The notes under the pieces: generated by a model
Told to the model about the DNA's origin: nothing
Databases searched by the model: none
The model's input: the letters and a program-made list of their open reading frames with translations, nothing else
Shown here: piece by piece, positions 38,535 through 48,269 of the stretch
Layout: each line of letters opens with the position of its first letter
How positions within the stretch are numbered: the stretch's first letter is position 1
IMG/VR virus record: IMGVR_UViG_3300023174_000075
Span: 60,428 to 124,427 of that record
DNA length: 64,000 nt
Reading direction: 5' to 3' (one strand)
Origin: a virus
Position numbers and translations under genes: made by a program

Positions 38535-38672
38535 ATGCTGCAACTTTTGAACCACATGTAAGAGTTGCCAACTTTGCCGACAAACGATTCGGAGAGGTAG
38601 TGTGCCTGTGCAGGAGTGAACTCCATTCTGAGAGGCCTTCTCTGCTTTTCGATCTCCTGGCCTAGGAGCTGG

Positions 38673-38885
38673 TTAATTTACTGTAACTACAGAAGCAATG
38701 TTTGATGCTACTGCTGCTGTTACTTCAAACTCTTGTTCACCTTGGTCTACTAGGTACAGTACCATTCTAGCTTCAGCTTCAGTTACTGATTCTGAATCAA
38801 CTAGATATAGTACATTTTGTTTTTTTACTTTACCTTTACTATCTTCAATAGTGAATTGTACTTTTACTTGGAAATAAGTTGCCAT
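38673..38885 (-). CDS. DUF4494-like protein
   Basis: YF.VKV.F......GK.KK....YLVD.ESVTEAEAR, a pattern I associate with Bacteroidetes. Confidence 0.7.
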   Translation of the reverse strand: MATYFQVKVQFTIEDSKGKVKKQNVLYLVDSESVTEAEARMVLYLVDQGEQEFEVTAAVASNIASVVTVN

Positions 38886-38887
38886 AA

Positions 38888-39154
38888 TTAATTGTTTTCG
38901 TAAACTGAAAAATTGTATAAATGTGCTCTATATCTTAATAATGCGTTAGCGAATCTAGTTCTTAATTTCATATCGTCATATGATTCATCTTCCATTCTAC
39001 GTGGTGGACACGCCATATAATAATCGATATTATCATTTGTTAATTCAACGTTACTAGCGAACATCATCATTTTAATGAAATTGATAGCGCCATAACCTCT
39101 TTTAAATTCGGATGGGATTTTAAAATCCGCATACTTTTGTGCTAATTCGTACAT
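38888..39154 (-). CDS. hypothetical protein
   Basis: 88 aa ORF. Confidence 0.65.
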   Translation of the reverse strand: MYELAQKYADFKIPSEFKRGYGAINFIKMMMFASNVELTNDNIDYYMACPPRRMEDESYDDMKLRTRFANALLRYRAHLYNFSVYENN

Positions 39155-39189
39155 AACTTGTATCTTTTGTTTGATTAAATATATAACTT

Positions 39190-39846
39190 TTATTTTGCCT
39201 GGTCTACTTTTTTCTTTTTATTTTTATTTCCTATTTCTCCTTTATAACCAAACGATTCAGCTATTTCTGTTGTTTTAAATAATGGTTGTAAATTAGTATA
39301 ATGAAAACATTGTTTTTGTTGTTCTATATCTGTTAAGTTAAAATTACAACACCCTATAATATGATCTATTTCCCATATTTTACCATGGTTATTCCAGTTC
39401 ATTTCTGGTTTAAATTGAGATTCAAGGTATTGTTTTATTTGAGATATAGTTCCTCCTAATAAGGTAGATGTTTTTTCTTCTTTTTTTCCTTTTAACTCAT
39501 TAACTATCCTAGTTTGAAGAATATGTCTTATTTTAAAATTTAAGTCATTTTTTCTTTTATTATTCACCCATGCTCTATAATATCCTTTATTTTGTTTTCT
39601 ATATTCTTTAATCTTTTCTTTATTTTCAATATTATATTTTAATGAATTCTGTTGGTAATATTCTTGTTTATTTTCTTTATTATTTTTATAATAATTATGG
39701 TATTGTTCTGAGTTGTTAGAGTAATATTTTTTATTAAAGATTTTATAACACTCTTTACATTTATACCCATATCCAGAAGATGTTGTTTTATCTTTAGGGA
39801 AATAGGATAATTCTTTTTCTATTTTACATCTATTACATATTCTCAT
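39190..39846 (-). CDS. free-standing HNH-like endonuclease (zinc finger plus EIDHI...CFHYTNLQPL)
   Basis: CNRC...CKEC; MNWNNHG..WEIDHI...CFHYTNLQPL. Confidence 0.8.
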   Translation of the reverse strand: MRICNRCKIEKELSYFPKDKTTSSGYGYKCKECYKIFNKKYYSNNSEQYHNYYKNNKENKQEYYQQNSLKYNIENKEKIKEYRKQNKGYYRAWVNNKRKNDLNFKIRHILQTRIVNELKGKKEEKTSTLLGGTISQIKQYLESQFKPEMNWNNHGKIWEIDHIIGCCNFNLTDIEQQKQCFHYTNLQPLFKTTEIAESFGYKGEIGNKNKKKKVDQAK

Positions 39847-39876
39847 ATCAATAAATATATGATAGGATGGGAATCA

Positions 39877-40476
39877 TTACAAGAGTCCTAACATTTTCAT
39901 GTTTTCTAATTGATCATCATCAAGATCCCATGTATGTGGTTTTGCTTTAACTGTTTGATTATCTTCTATATTGCGAATTTGATCTGGGGAGAGAGGATCT
40001 CCTACATAAAGGAAATAACAGTTATAACATAATATTTCTAAATTATCAAGTAAATAATTGGATTTATTTCCGTCTTTAAAATTAAGTAAAGTAGGAGTTT
40101 TATAATCAGTTACTCTACGTTCATTACATCCACATGTATAACATTCATCTTTCAAATAACCCTCCGCTATTCCTCTAGCTTTTATTTTAGATGGAGTAAA
40201 TGATTCATAACCTGTACCCTCTTCAAATATACGCTTAACCATTGGTTCTTTACGTCTATTAGGGAGGAATTTGGGAATACCTTTGCCATTTTGATTTTTA
40301 TGGGCATCAAATAGTGTTAGTGAATTTGGATCACTTTCATCTACCTTCAACGCCTTCATAAATGGCTTAAGGTGTTGATACGAGCACCCTAAATATTTGG
40401 CCGCTGCTCTAATACTTTTGGTATAGCGCATTGCAGTCTCAATTTGTGACTTGGTCAAATGTTTGGGTGCTGGCAT
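39877..40476 (-). CDS. HTH plus degenerate HNH protein
   Basis: SIRAAAKYLGCSY; CYTCG...FKDGNKSNY.LDNLEILCYNC. Confidence 0.6.
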   Translation of the reverse strand: MPAPKHLTKSQIETAMRYTKSIRAAAKYLGCSYQHLKPFMKALKVDESDPNSLTLFDAHKNQNGKGIPKFLPNRRKEPMVKRIFEEGTGYESFTPSKIKARGIAEGYLKDECYTCGCNERRVTDYKTPTLLNFKDGNKSNYLLDNLEILCYNCYFLYVGDPLSPDQIRNIEDNQTVKAKPHTWDLDDDQLENMKMLGLL

Positions 40477-40498
40477 AACATCATTTAAAGTAAATTAA

Positions 40499-40660
40499 TT
40501 ACTTTGCTTTTTTTACAGTATCTACTGTTGTTTTAGTAGAATCTACTGTTTTAGTGCTGTCAACTTTAGTTGAATCAGTTGTTGTTGTTTCAGTACTTGT
40601 ACTTCCACCACAAGATGCTAGGGTTGCTACTAAGGCAACGATTGCAATTGTTTTTTTCAT
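40499..40660 (-). CDS. small lipoprotein (53 aa) with D-S/T repeats
   Basis: Hand translation MKKTIAIVALVATLASCGGSTSTETTTTDSTKVDSTKTVDSTKTTVDTVKKAK; lipobox LASC. Confidence 0.8.
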   Translation of the reverse strand: MKKTIAIVALVATLASCGGSTSTETTTTDSTKVDSTKTVDSTKTTVDTVKKAK

Positions 40661-40690
40661 GTTGTTTTATTTTTATTTACTGTTAAATTA

Positions 40691-41116
40691 CTATTTTTTC
40701 TTTGCCTTCCCCACTTTCTCTTGAGTTAATTTCACTAACTCCCATAAATCCTCAGGTGAAGATAATGGAATATCATTTCCTTCCACATCTTCTACTGGAT
40801 TTGCCGTACCATCTGGATTTAAGCGTTCATATATATAGAAAAAGATCAATTCACATGCTTCCTTACTGAATGCTATTGAAAATAAAGCATCAATAACGAA
40901 GTAGAATTTTTCATCATAAGATGAGAAATCTAATGTTAAATCATTACCTAATATCATTCCACGCACTTCTATTTCTTCTAGCGTTTGAATAATTTTAACA
41001 AATCGTTCTCTATGTTGATCATTTTCTGTTTTTTTCTTGCGTTTTAGAAATGTGTCCACACCAATAATTTCATCGATGGATTTTTTAATTCCATCTGCAT
41101 GTTGTTCGTTGTCCAT
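40691..41116 (-). CDS. hypothetical protein
   Basis: 141 aa ORF. Confidence 0.7.
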   Translation of the reverse strand: MDNEQHADGIKKSIDEIIGVDTFLKRKKKTENDQHRERFVKIIQTLEEIEVRGMILGNDLTLDFSSYDEKFYFVIDALFSIAFSKEACELIFFYIYERLNPDGTANPVEDVEGNDIPLSSPEDLWELVKLTQEKVGKAKKK

Positions 41117-41119
41117 AAT

Positions 41120-41443
41120 TTATAATTTGTTGATTAAATCTCTTGCTTCAATACATTTATCATATTCTTCTCTCTCAGAATAATATTCAATTAGTTTTTC
41201 GAGAGTGGGTTTCCATTTGTCTTTACCCAATTCAATATAATAATCTGATTGTGCTATCTCAAAGAGTGAGATAGAAGATTTTTTCTTTGCAATACCATCT
41301 TTAATGGCAGAGATGGCTTCATCTCTAACGGCTTGGATTATTTCGGGGATTTCTGTTAGTTGAGAATAACTTGCCCCTTGTTCTATATACACTTTGAACA
41401 CGGGGATTTTTCTTCTCATTGTTTTCGTTTTAACCATAACCAT
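41120..41443 (-). CDS. protein with C-terminal UVR-like motif
   Basis: REEYDKCIEARDL; similar layout to 37785..38105. Confidence 0.65.
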   Translation of the reverse strand: MVMVKTKTMRRKIPVFKVYIEQGASYSQLTEIPEIIQAVRDEAISAIKDGIAKKKSSISLFEIAQSDYYIELGKDKWKPTLEKLIEYYSEREEYDKCIEARDLINKL

Positions 41444-41452
41444 TAATTTATA

Positions 41453-41809
41453 TTATTTCTTTACACCAGCCAACTCTTGCATTCTAACAGCTTCAGCTAA
41501 TGGAGCTTCTTCAGCAGGTGCTTCTTCAGGTGCCGCTTGTCCACCACCAATAGCATTCTTAATTAATAATTTAATATCAGCAATTGGAATTAAAAATCCA
41601 ATTACATTACTATAAGGTACGTCTGTGTCCTGAGATACAGTTAAGTTATATTGTTCTAAACCTTGGTTTAACTTAGATTGTAGTTTCTGTGTTGCTTGTG
41701 CTTTAGCATCACCCTCAAGTGTTTGAGGTAATACGAATTGCACTTTAATACCCTTTTTAGTTGGGTTGTGATTTACATCTACTCTAAGTTTTGGTTTTAT
41801 TTCTGCCAT
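41453..41809 (-). CDS. hypothetical protein, possible virion protein
   Basis: C-terminal LAEAVRMQELAG. Confidence 0.6.
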   Translation of the reverse strand: MAEIKPKLRVDVNHNPTKKGIKVQFVLPQTLEGDAKAQATQKLQSKLNQGLEQYNLTVSQDTDVPYSNVIGFLIPIADIKLLIKNAIGGGQAAPEEAPAEEAPLAEAVRMQELAGVKK

Positions 41810-41831
41810 TGGTTGCGTTTACGTATAAATA

Positions 41832-42371
41832 TTATAAAATCTCATCTACCAGCCCATATTTATGTGCTGTTTTTACATCCATATACCATTCACCACGTTT
41901 ATCTTTAATTTCATTTAATTGTTTTGTTGTGAATTTCGTTCGTGAAAGTAAGTAATCATCATATATTTTCCACATTCGTTCTCCCTCTTTTACCTCTTGT
42001 GAATGTAATTGTAATTTTTCCTGTTGCATTGCCCATGATATTTCATGGTACATAAAGGTTGCACGTTGACTTGCAAATCGTCTATGTCCAGCCGCGTATA
42101 CTACTAATGCAGCTGACATGGCATGTCCATGACATATTGTGTGGATTGGAGTCTGTGAATTTGAAATGACGTCAACTAAGGCAAACCCATGATATACGTC
42201 TCCACCAGGTGAGTTAACTATTAGTTTTATTGGTTCTTTTTGTGCTTTTTTAGCGTCCTCTTCATTAATCTCATATATAACTTCTATTATTTCATTAACA
42301 TTATCTATTTCGATGTCGCCTATTGATAATATGCGGCCGCTAGGTTTGTCTGATTTTTTTGGAGAAGCCAT
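41832..42371 (-). CDS. clpP: ClpP-family protease
   Basis: IVNSPGGDV, AMSAA (catalytic Ser), MYHE (His), A.KYGLVDEI. Confidence 0.85.
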   Translation of the reverse strand: MASPKKSDKPSGRILSIGDIEIDNVNEIIEVIYEINEEDAKKAQKEPIKLIVNSPGGDVYHGFALVDVISNSQTPIHTICHGHAMSAALVVYAAGHRRFASQRATFMYHEISWAMQQEKLQLHSQEVKEGERMWKIYDDYLLSRTKFTTKQLNEIKDKRGEWYMDVKTAHKYGLVDEIL

Positions 42372-42396
42372 AGTAGTGGATTTTCTCCAATAAATA

Positions 42397-43164
42397 TTAG
42401 AAAATTAATTTTGAATTATTTACTGGGTTATGTTTTGCATAAGTTCCCCATTTATATTGGAAATATTCATGGCATGCTTGTTCTTTAATTTGAGACTCAG
42501 CTATGCGCTCTGGTGTTTTAGTTCCTAATGATACAAAATGATAGAAGTGGCAATTATATGTTCTAATCATCTTCATACCACTCATTTCACATTTCATAAA
42601 AAATTCCCAATCTACTACCCATGCTCCAGGATATGACTCGTCCCATCCACCTATGCGCATGTAATCTATCTTAGACATTAGAATTGGGGGTGTTGAACCA
42701 GCAGCATCAAATTTATTACTAGATAATTCTGTTTCATATTTCCAAAATGCTTCTAAATCAAATGTATTTGGATCGCGGCCTAGATCTTTAATATGAAATT
42801 GATGAAACATACTAGGTATAGGTTCAATTTGATTAGGTGTTAAGACGCGATTTGGTACCCACATCTTTTCTAAATTTATATCCCAATTTTTAGGGAATAC
42901 ATTATCATCATTAACAATTAATATTAAGTTATGAATAGCATTGTAAACACCTAAATTAGTAGCTCTACATATTCCTTGATTTTCTTCTAAATCAAGTACA
43001 TCAATATTATCTTTATATTTTTCTAATACTTCTTTATTTAAGTCATAGAAACCATCTACTATGACTATAATTTGATTTTTATTGGTTTGTCCCTCAATAA
43101 TTGAGCGCAAACATAAATCTAATATTTCTGGTTCCTTATATGTTGGTATTATTACTGATATCAT
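42397..43164 (-). CDS. glycosyltransferase family 2
   Basis: ISVIIPTY, NDD, IGGWDE. Confidence 0.85.
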   Translation of the reverse strand: MISVIIPTYKEPEILDLCLRSIIEGQTNKNQIIVIVDGFYDLNKEVLEKYKDNIDVLDLEENQGICRATNLGVYNAIHNLILIVNDDNVFPKNWDINLEKMWVPNRVLTPNQIEPIPSMFHQFHIKDLGRDPNTFDLEAFWKYETELSSNKFDAAGSTPPILMSKIDYMRIGGWDESYPGAWVVDWEFFMKCEMSGMKMIRTYNCHFYHFVSLGTKTPERIAESQIKEQACHEYFQYKWGTYAKHNPVNNSKLIF

Positions 43165-44414
43165 TAGAGTATTTTTATGTTAGGTAGAAATAAGATGAAT
43201 TTTCCTTCATATCCATCTTGTCTTAATAATTTAATTATATAATCAGAGAAATTATGAGCTAATATAATAATATAATCTACTGGGTTTGATTTTAATTTTT
43301 CTCTAGACACTATTTCAATACCAGTACCAGGTACAAATTTTCCTTGTTTTATATTTGTATCATCTACTATATAATCGATCATAGTATAATCAATTCCAGC
43401 TGCGTTTAGATAAACACATCCTTTAGCTGCTGCTCCAAATCCTGCTATTTTAGCTCCTTTATCTTTCAAAGATAAGATAAATTCTTTACTTTTCCCAATA
43501 TTATTTTTAATATTTTCTCCCCATTTGATATAATCTTCAGTAGTAAATTTTTCAGCTTGTAATGTTGGAGGAACACTATAATCACATTGTTGCCACGCTT
43601 CACCCAATTCTCCTTTATGTGATATTAATAATCTTATAGTACCACCATGAATTGGGTATTTAACTGATTTTATGACTTGTAAATTATATTTATCAAGTAA
43701 TTTAGTTAATGGATTTACTAAATAATAGTAAACATGTTCGTGATATACCTGATCAAATTGGTTTGTTTCAATACTTGTTTTCCAATATGGAAACTCCAAA
43801 CACCAAATTCCAAATTTATCTAAACTTAAAGCAATACCCTCTACGAAACTTTCAATTGGTGCTGTATGCTGGAAGCAGTTTGTTGTAGTAATTAATTTAA
43901 ACTTTTTATTTAATTTTTTAGCTAATTCTGCTCCCCAATAATCATTAATTGAAGGGATACCTTTTGATTTTGCTTCTGTAGTTAAATTTTCAGATGCATC
44001 TATGTTTAATATATTTAAATATGATTTTTGTTTTAGGAATGTTTTTAATAAAGTACCATCGTTGCCACCAATATCTAATACATTATCTTTTTCACTTAAT
44101 CGTAAATAAGTATCTACAAATTCAAACATATCTTTACAATGATCAATGTATGGTTGAGATACTCCTGATTTATATAAATAATGTTGATATAATATATTAG
44201 GTTCTATTTCTGCTGTTAGAGAGGATAATCCACTTTCTTCAAATAATTGAACGGCTAATGGATATCTTGAACAATTTAGTGATTCTTCCATTGTGTTATT
44301 TAAATTATTAACCAATGGCATTAATCCTAAATCTAAGTATGTTATACTTTTATTATCTCCTGTTATAGGACATTTATCTATTAAGGTATGATTATTCATA
44401 TTTAGTATTATCAT
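43164..44414 (-). CDS. NDP-hexose C-methyltransferase
   Basis: LDLGLMPLVN, LDIGGNDGTLL, YHEHVYY, GFGAAAKG, KQGKFVPGT. Confidence 0.85.
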   Translation of the reverse strand: MIILNMNNHTLIDKCPITGDNKSITYLDLGLMPLVNNLNNTMEESLNCSRYPLAVQLFEESGLSSLTAEIEPNILYQHYLYKSGVSQPYIDHCKDMFEFVDTYLRLSEKDNVLDIGGNDGTLLKTFLKQKSYLNILNIDASENLTTEAKSKGIPSINDYWGAELAKKLNKKFKLITTTNCFQHTAPIESFVEGIALSLDKFGIWCLEFPYWKTSIETNQFDQVYHEHVYYYLVNPLTKLLDKYNLQVIKSVKYPIHGGTIRLLISHKGELGEAWQQCDYSVPPTLQAEKFTTEDYIKWGENIKNNIGKSKEFILSLKDKGAKIAGFGAAAKGCVYLNAAGIDYTMIDYIVDDTNIKQGKFVPGTGIEIVSREKLKSNPVDYIIILAHNFSDYIIKLLRQDGYEGKFILFLPNIKIL

Positions 44415-45102
44415 TTATTTTCTTCCAATCAATAATAGGACTCATTAAGAAATCCATACAGTGTGTTGATAAACCAGGCATTGGTGTTATTACAAATCTT
44501 CCTTTATTTTCATTTAACCATACCCATTTATGATGATCACCAGGAGGAATTGTTTTTCCTGTTTGTTCATCATAATCTTCAATGATAATTTTTTTAGTAG
44601 TTATAAAACTACCACAGGTACTAGGGGTTGTTCTCCAATGACTCGTATTAGTTACAAATATTTTAGATATTAAATCATCATACATTGGTGCTGAATATTT
44701 ATCTGAAGCATCATACAATGATATATAACTTAATCCATCAAATGTTTCAAACATGTTGGTTACTTTATCAGTCCAGTCATCTATATGTAAATAATCATTT
44801 TCTAAAATATAAATAAGATCTTTATCACCTATGGTATTTAGATTTAATATTATTTCAAATATTTTGATAAAAGCGTCAGTACCATTTCCTGCTTGTATTT
44901 CATGAGCAATATATCTATCTTTATATTTTTCAATCCAATTATCTTCTATTTTACCATCCATTACTACATGAATATCTACATCTTTATTTTTAGTAGTATT
45001 TAAGAGATTAATAAAACATTTTTCATAATCAAACCAACTAGGTCTAAATTTATTATCCGTACCTGATATATTATAATGGCTGTAAAATATGTGTATTTTC
45101 AT
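44392..45102 (-). CDS. putative glycosyltransferase
   Basis: YILENDYLH DxD-like motif; cluster context. Confidence 0.55.
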   Translation of the reverse strand: MKIHIFYSHYNISGTDNKFRPSWFDYEKCFINLLNTTKNKDVDIHVVMDGKIEDNWIEKYKDRYIAHEIQAGNGTDAFIKIFEIILNLNTIGDKDLIYILENDYLHIDDWTDKVTNMFETFDGLSYISLYDASDKYSAPMYDDLISKIFVTNTSHWRTTPSTCGSFITTKKIIIEDYDEQTGKTIPPGDHHKWVWLNENKGRFVITPMPGLSTHCMDFLMSPIIDWKKINDNTKYE

Positions 45103-45104
45103 AA

Positions 45105-45740
45105 TTAAAATAATTCTTTAGCTGGGTTGCCATATACTGTTGTGTTAGGCCTAGTGTCTTTTATAACAGCACTATTAAGACCTACTATTGTATTTTCAGC
45201 TACTACTTTTTTAGGAGCAATACTAGCATTAGGATTAACTGTAACACTTTCTTTTAATTCAGCAAATCCTCCAAAAAAGGTTAATGCATTTATTTGACAA
45301 TAATCTCCTATTTTAACATCGTGTCCTATTACAGAATGGTTTTGTATTGTTACAAAATTGCCTATTGTAACATCATTTGATATATAAGTAAGAGCACCTA
45401 CAATAACTCCAATTCCTAATTTAGTATTAGTATTAACGATTATTGATGTTGGATGGATAATATTAATAAATTTTCCACCTTTAATTAGTATTAAATTAAC
45501 ATATTTCTTTTTATAATTAACGTCTCCTAAAGCACAAATAAATACATCTTCATCTTGTACTTGATAATCTTCAACAGATGAAATAATAGGTGGATAATTT
45601 TCAAATCCATCTAAAGCATTTGCTTTATCATCTAAAAATCCTTTTATAGTCCATTCTGTGTTATATTCTTTAGTTTTAGTAGCTATATTATAAATTTCTC
45701 TGCCAAATCCTCTAGCACCTATGATAATTAAATTTTTCAT
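45105..45740 (-). CDS. sugar N/O-acyltransferase (PglD/NeuD-like hexapeptide repeat)
   Basis: IIGARGFGRE, IGHDVKIG, VYGNPA. Confidence 0.88.
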   Translation of the reverse strand: MKNLIIIGARGFGREIYNIATKTKEYNTEWTIKGFLDDKANALDGFENYPPIISSVEDYQVQDEDVFICALGDVNYKKKYVNLILIKGGKFINIIHPTSIIVNTNTKLGIGVIVGALTYISNDVTIGNFVTIQNHSVIGHDVKIGDYCQINALTFFGGFAELKESVTVNPNASIAPKKVVAENTIVGLNSAVIKDTRPNTTVYGNPAKELF

Positions 45741-45741
45741 G

Positions 45742-46521
45742 TTATTTGTTTTTTAGTTTTAAAATTCTTGATGTTGTAAAATATTTTGTTGGATCTTCCA
45801 TTGAGTAAAAGAAATCAGTTTTCCATTCACCACTAAGTAATTCTTTACCTGTTGGGTCATTAGCTGGTTGGTAATGGATATCTGCTATAATTCTATCTAT
45901 TTTGGCGTCATTAGGTCCTGATTCATGCCATAATGAACTATGCATTATAGCAAAGTCACCTGGATTGAGTTCAGGTGTTGATGTTGGGAATTTAATATTG
46001 AAAGCATCTCTATTAATTTCACCAGCATCACCTAAATGACCAAACTTATGAGTACCTAAATGAAAAGTTAATCCACCATTTGAAGGACCAGAATAACTAA
46101 GTGGTACAAAGAAACTACATTTATTTAAAAATCCTAAATGATAACAAGAATCGTTATGTAAAAATACTTTATCTAAACTAAACTTATCTTTAATTACAAA
46201 TCTATGATTGTATAATGCAACATCATCACCATGTACTTGTTTAGCTGTATTGACTAATATTTCATTTCTATATAGATAAGCTAATTTTTCAGGTAATTTT
46301 TCTTTTAAGGCAACTGGATTTGCTTGATGTACATCTCTTCCTTCTGCTAGTTGGTTATTATAGAATGTTTTCCATTCTTGTTGCCATTCTTTAATTATAT
46401 CTTGAGGAATAACATTTCTCATAATAAATAACCCCGTTATATCGTATACTTCTTTATTGAATATATTTGATTCAATCTTATCTTTATATTCGTTTACTAA
46501 TTCAGGACTATTATTTTTCAT
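45742..46521 (-). CDS. phytanoyl-CoA dioxygenase family Fe(II)/2OG oxygenase
   Basis: HND...NGGL...GTH...PGD...H..WHESG.N...R. Confidence 0.8.
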   Translation of the reverse strand: MKNNSPELVNEYKDKIESNIFNKEVYDITGLFIMRNVIPQDIIKEWQQEWKTFYNNQLAEGRDVHQANPVALKEKLPEKLAYLYRNEILVNTAKQVHGDDVALYNHRFVIKDKFSLDKVFLHNDSCYHLGFLNKCSFFVPLSYSGPSNGGLTFHLGTHKFGHLGDAGEINRDAFNIKFPTSTPELNPGDFAIMHSSLWHESGPNDAKIDRIIADIHYQPANDPTGKELLSGEWKTDFFYSMEDPTKYFTTSRILKLKNK

Positions 46522-46527
46522 ATTTAA

Positions 46528-47529
46528 TTAATTTACTTTTATAATACAAGATCCCCATGAATAACCTACTCCAAAACCAGCTAATAATACGTTTCCTTTT
46601 ACTTTATTTTCATTTATAGCTTCTTTTAATGCTATAGGAATAGTAGATGAAACTGTATTACCACAGTTTTCAACGTAAATATAAAACTTCTCTTCAGGTA
46701 TTCCAAGTTTCTTTCGAAGATGGTTCAGAATGAATTTATTTGCTTGGTGAAATATAAATAGATCTATACCAGCTATATTAGTGTTATGTTTATCTAGAGT
46801 TTTATGTATTAGTGGAGGAATTGATTCTGAAGTAAAATTAAATATTTCGGGACCATTCATATATAAATTATCCTCATTTAAAATGTTATTGTATTCATCT
46901 ATTGTATCAATTCCACATTTAACTGGGAATTTTGATGCTCCGTTTTTAACAATTAAATTATTACCTCCTTTACCATCTGTTCCTAACTCAAAATCCAATA
47001 TTTCAGCAAATCCATTATCTGATATTAATGTTGCTGCGGCTGCGTCTCCAAATATTGTTTTATTGGATTTATCTTTTGGATGTATAAATTTAGAGTAAGT
47101 TTCTGATGTAATTAATAGTATATTTTTTGCTATATTACTATTAATTAATCCTTTAGCTAAAGCTAACCCATAGACATAACCAGAGCATCCTAAATTAAAA
47201 TCTAAAGCACCTGCTGTTGTTGGTATTCCTAATTTATCTTGTATTAGACAAGCTGTGGTTGGTAAGAAATAATCTGGACTTTGAGTACATAACAATATAA
47301 AATCTATTTCATTTGGACTAATGTTGTATTCTTTAAATAGTTTCTCTGATGCTTTAATAGCCATATCTGAAGTAAATTCATTATCTCCAGCAATGTGCCT
47401 TTTAAATATTCCTGTTTTAGAGGAAATTTTATCTACTGACCATTCTGGAAATGAATTATTTAACTCAACATTATCTAGAATATTTTCAGGTAAATAATAT
47501 GATATACCTTTTATTTTTGCTTTATTCAT
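46528..47529 (-). CDS. fabH: 3-oxoacyl-ACP synthase III
   Basis: LGCSGYVYG, FHQAN, GNTVSS Cys-His-Asn triad. Confidence 0.92.
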   Translation of the reverse strand: MNKAKIKGISYYLPENILDNVELNNSFPEWSVDKISSKTGIFKRHIAGDNEFTSDMAIKASEKLFKEYNISPNEIDFILLCTQSPDYFLPTTACLIQDKLGIPTTAGALDFNLGCSGYVYGLALAKGLINSNIAKNILLITSETYSKFIHPKDKSNKTIFGDAAAATLISDNGFAEILDFELGTDGKGGNNLIVKNGASKFPVKCGIDTIDEYNNILNEDNLYMNGPEIFNFTSESIPPLIHKTLDKHNTNIAGIDLFIFHQANKFILNHLRKKLGIPEEKFYIYVENCGNTVSSTIPIALKEAINENKVKGNVLLAGFGVGYSWGSCIIKVN

Positions 47530-47534
47530 ATGAT

Positions 47535-48269
47535 TTATTTTGAAGTTAAAGTTAAGCCTCCATCTAATATTAACTCAGTTCCTGTTATCCATTTACTAGC
47601 ATCAGATAATAAAAATATACTAGGTCCAGCTACATCTATTGGTTTTCCTAATCCTAATGGATAGATATTTTCAATTCCTTCAGACATACTGACTGCTTTT
47701 TCTCCCATAGGCGTTATAACAGTTCCCGGACATATACTATTTACTCTAATTTTTTGGTTTGATAATTCTGATGCTGTTACTCTAACAAAGGCATTTAATG
47801 CTGCTTTTGTAGAAGCATATATTGCGGTACCAACAACTCCTACTTTAGAGGATATAGATGATATATAAACTAAAGAGGAGTTTGGTTTTATTTTTTTATA
47901 TTTTAGTAGTTGTTGAGTAAGTATTACTTGACTATTAAAATTAATTGAAAATAGGTTATTGATTTTTTTTAGATTAATTAATCTAACTGGGCTGAATTCA
48001 ACAGCACCTGCACAAAATACAACTCCATCTAATTCAGGAAGTGATTGAATAAGTTGAGTAATATTATCTTCATTATTTAGATCACATACTATTTGCTTAT
48101 TATTAAAAGACATTTGATTAGATGTTTCTAAAAGGCGATTACTATCTCTTCCTGTTATAATAACATTAGCTCTTTCATTAGCACATTGAATAGCAATTTC
48201 TTTTCCTATACCAGATGAAGCACCTGTTACTAAAATTGTTTTACCTTCTATATTAAATAAATTATTCAT
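47535..48269 (-). CDS. SDR oxidoreductase, FabG-like
   Basis: TGASSGIG, YASTK, RVNSICPG, WITG...DGG. Confidence 0.88.
   Translation of the reverse strand: MNNLFNIEGKTILVTGASSGIGKEIAIQCANERANVIITGRDSNRLLETSNQMSFNNKQIVCDLNNEDNITQLIQSLPELDGVVFCAGAVEFSPVRLINLKKINNLFSINFNSQVILTQQLLKYKKIKPNSSLVYISSISSKVGVVGTAIYASTKAALNAFVRVTASELSNQKIRVNSICPGTVITPMGEKAVSMSEGIENIYPLGLGKPIDVAGPSIFLLSDASKWITGTELILDGGLTLTSK

Noticed and set aside
38080-38626. ORF-track calls 38080..38283, 38426..38626 and the N-terminal extension of 37785..38237
   Set aside because: They overlap clear tRNA genes and structured spacers; better explained as chance ORFs
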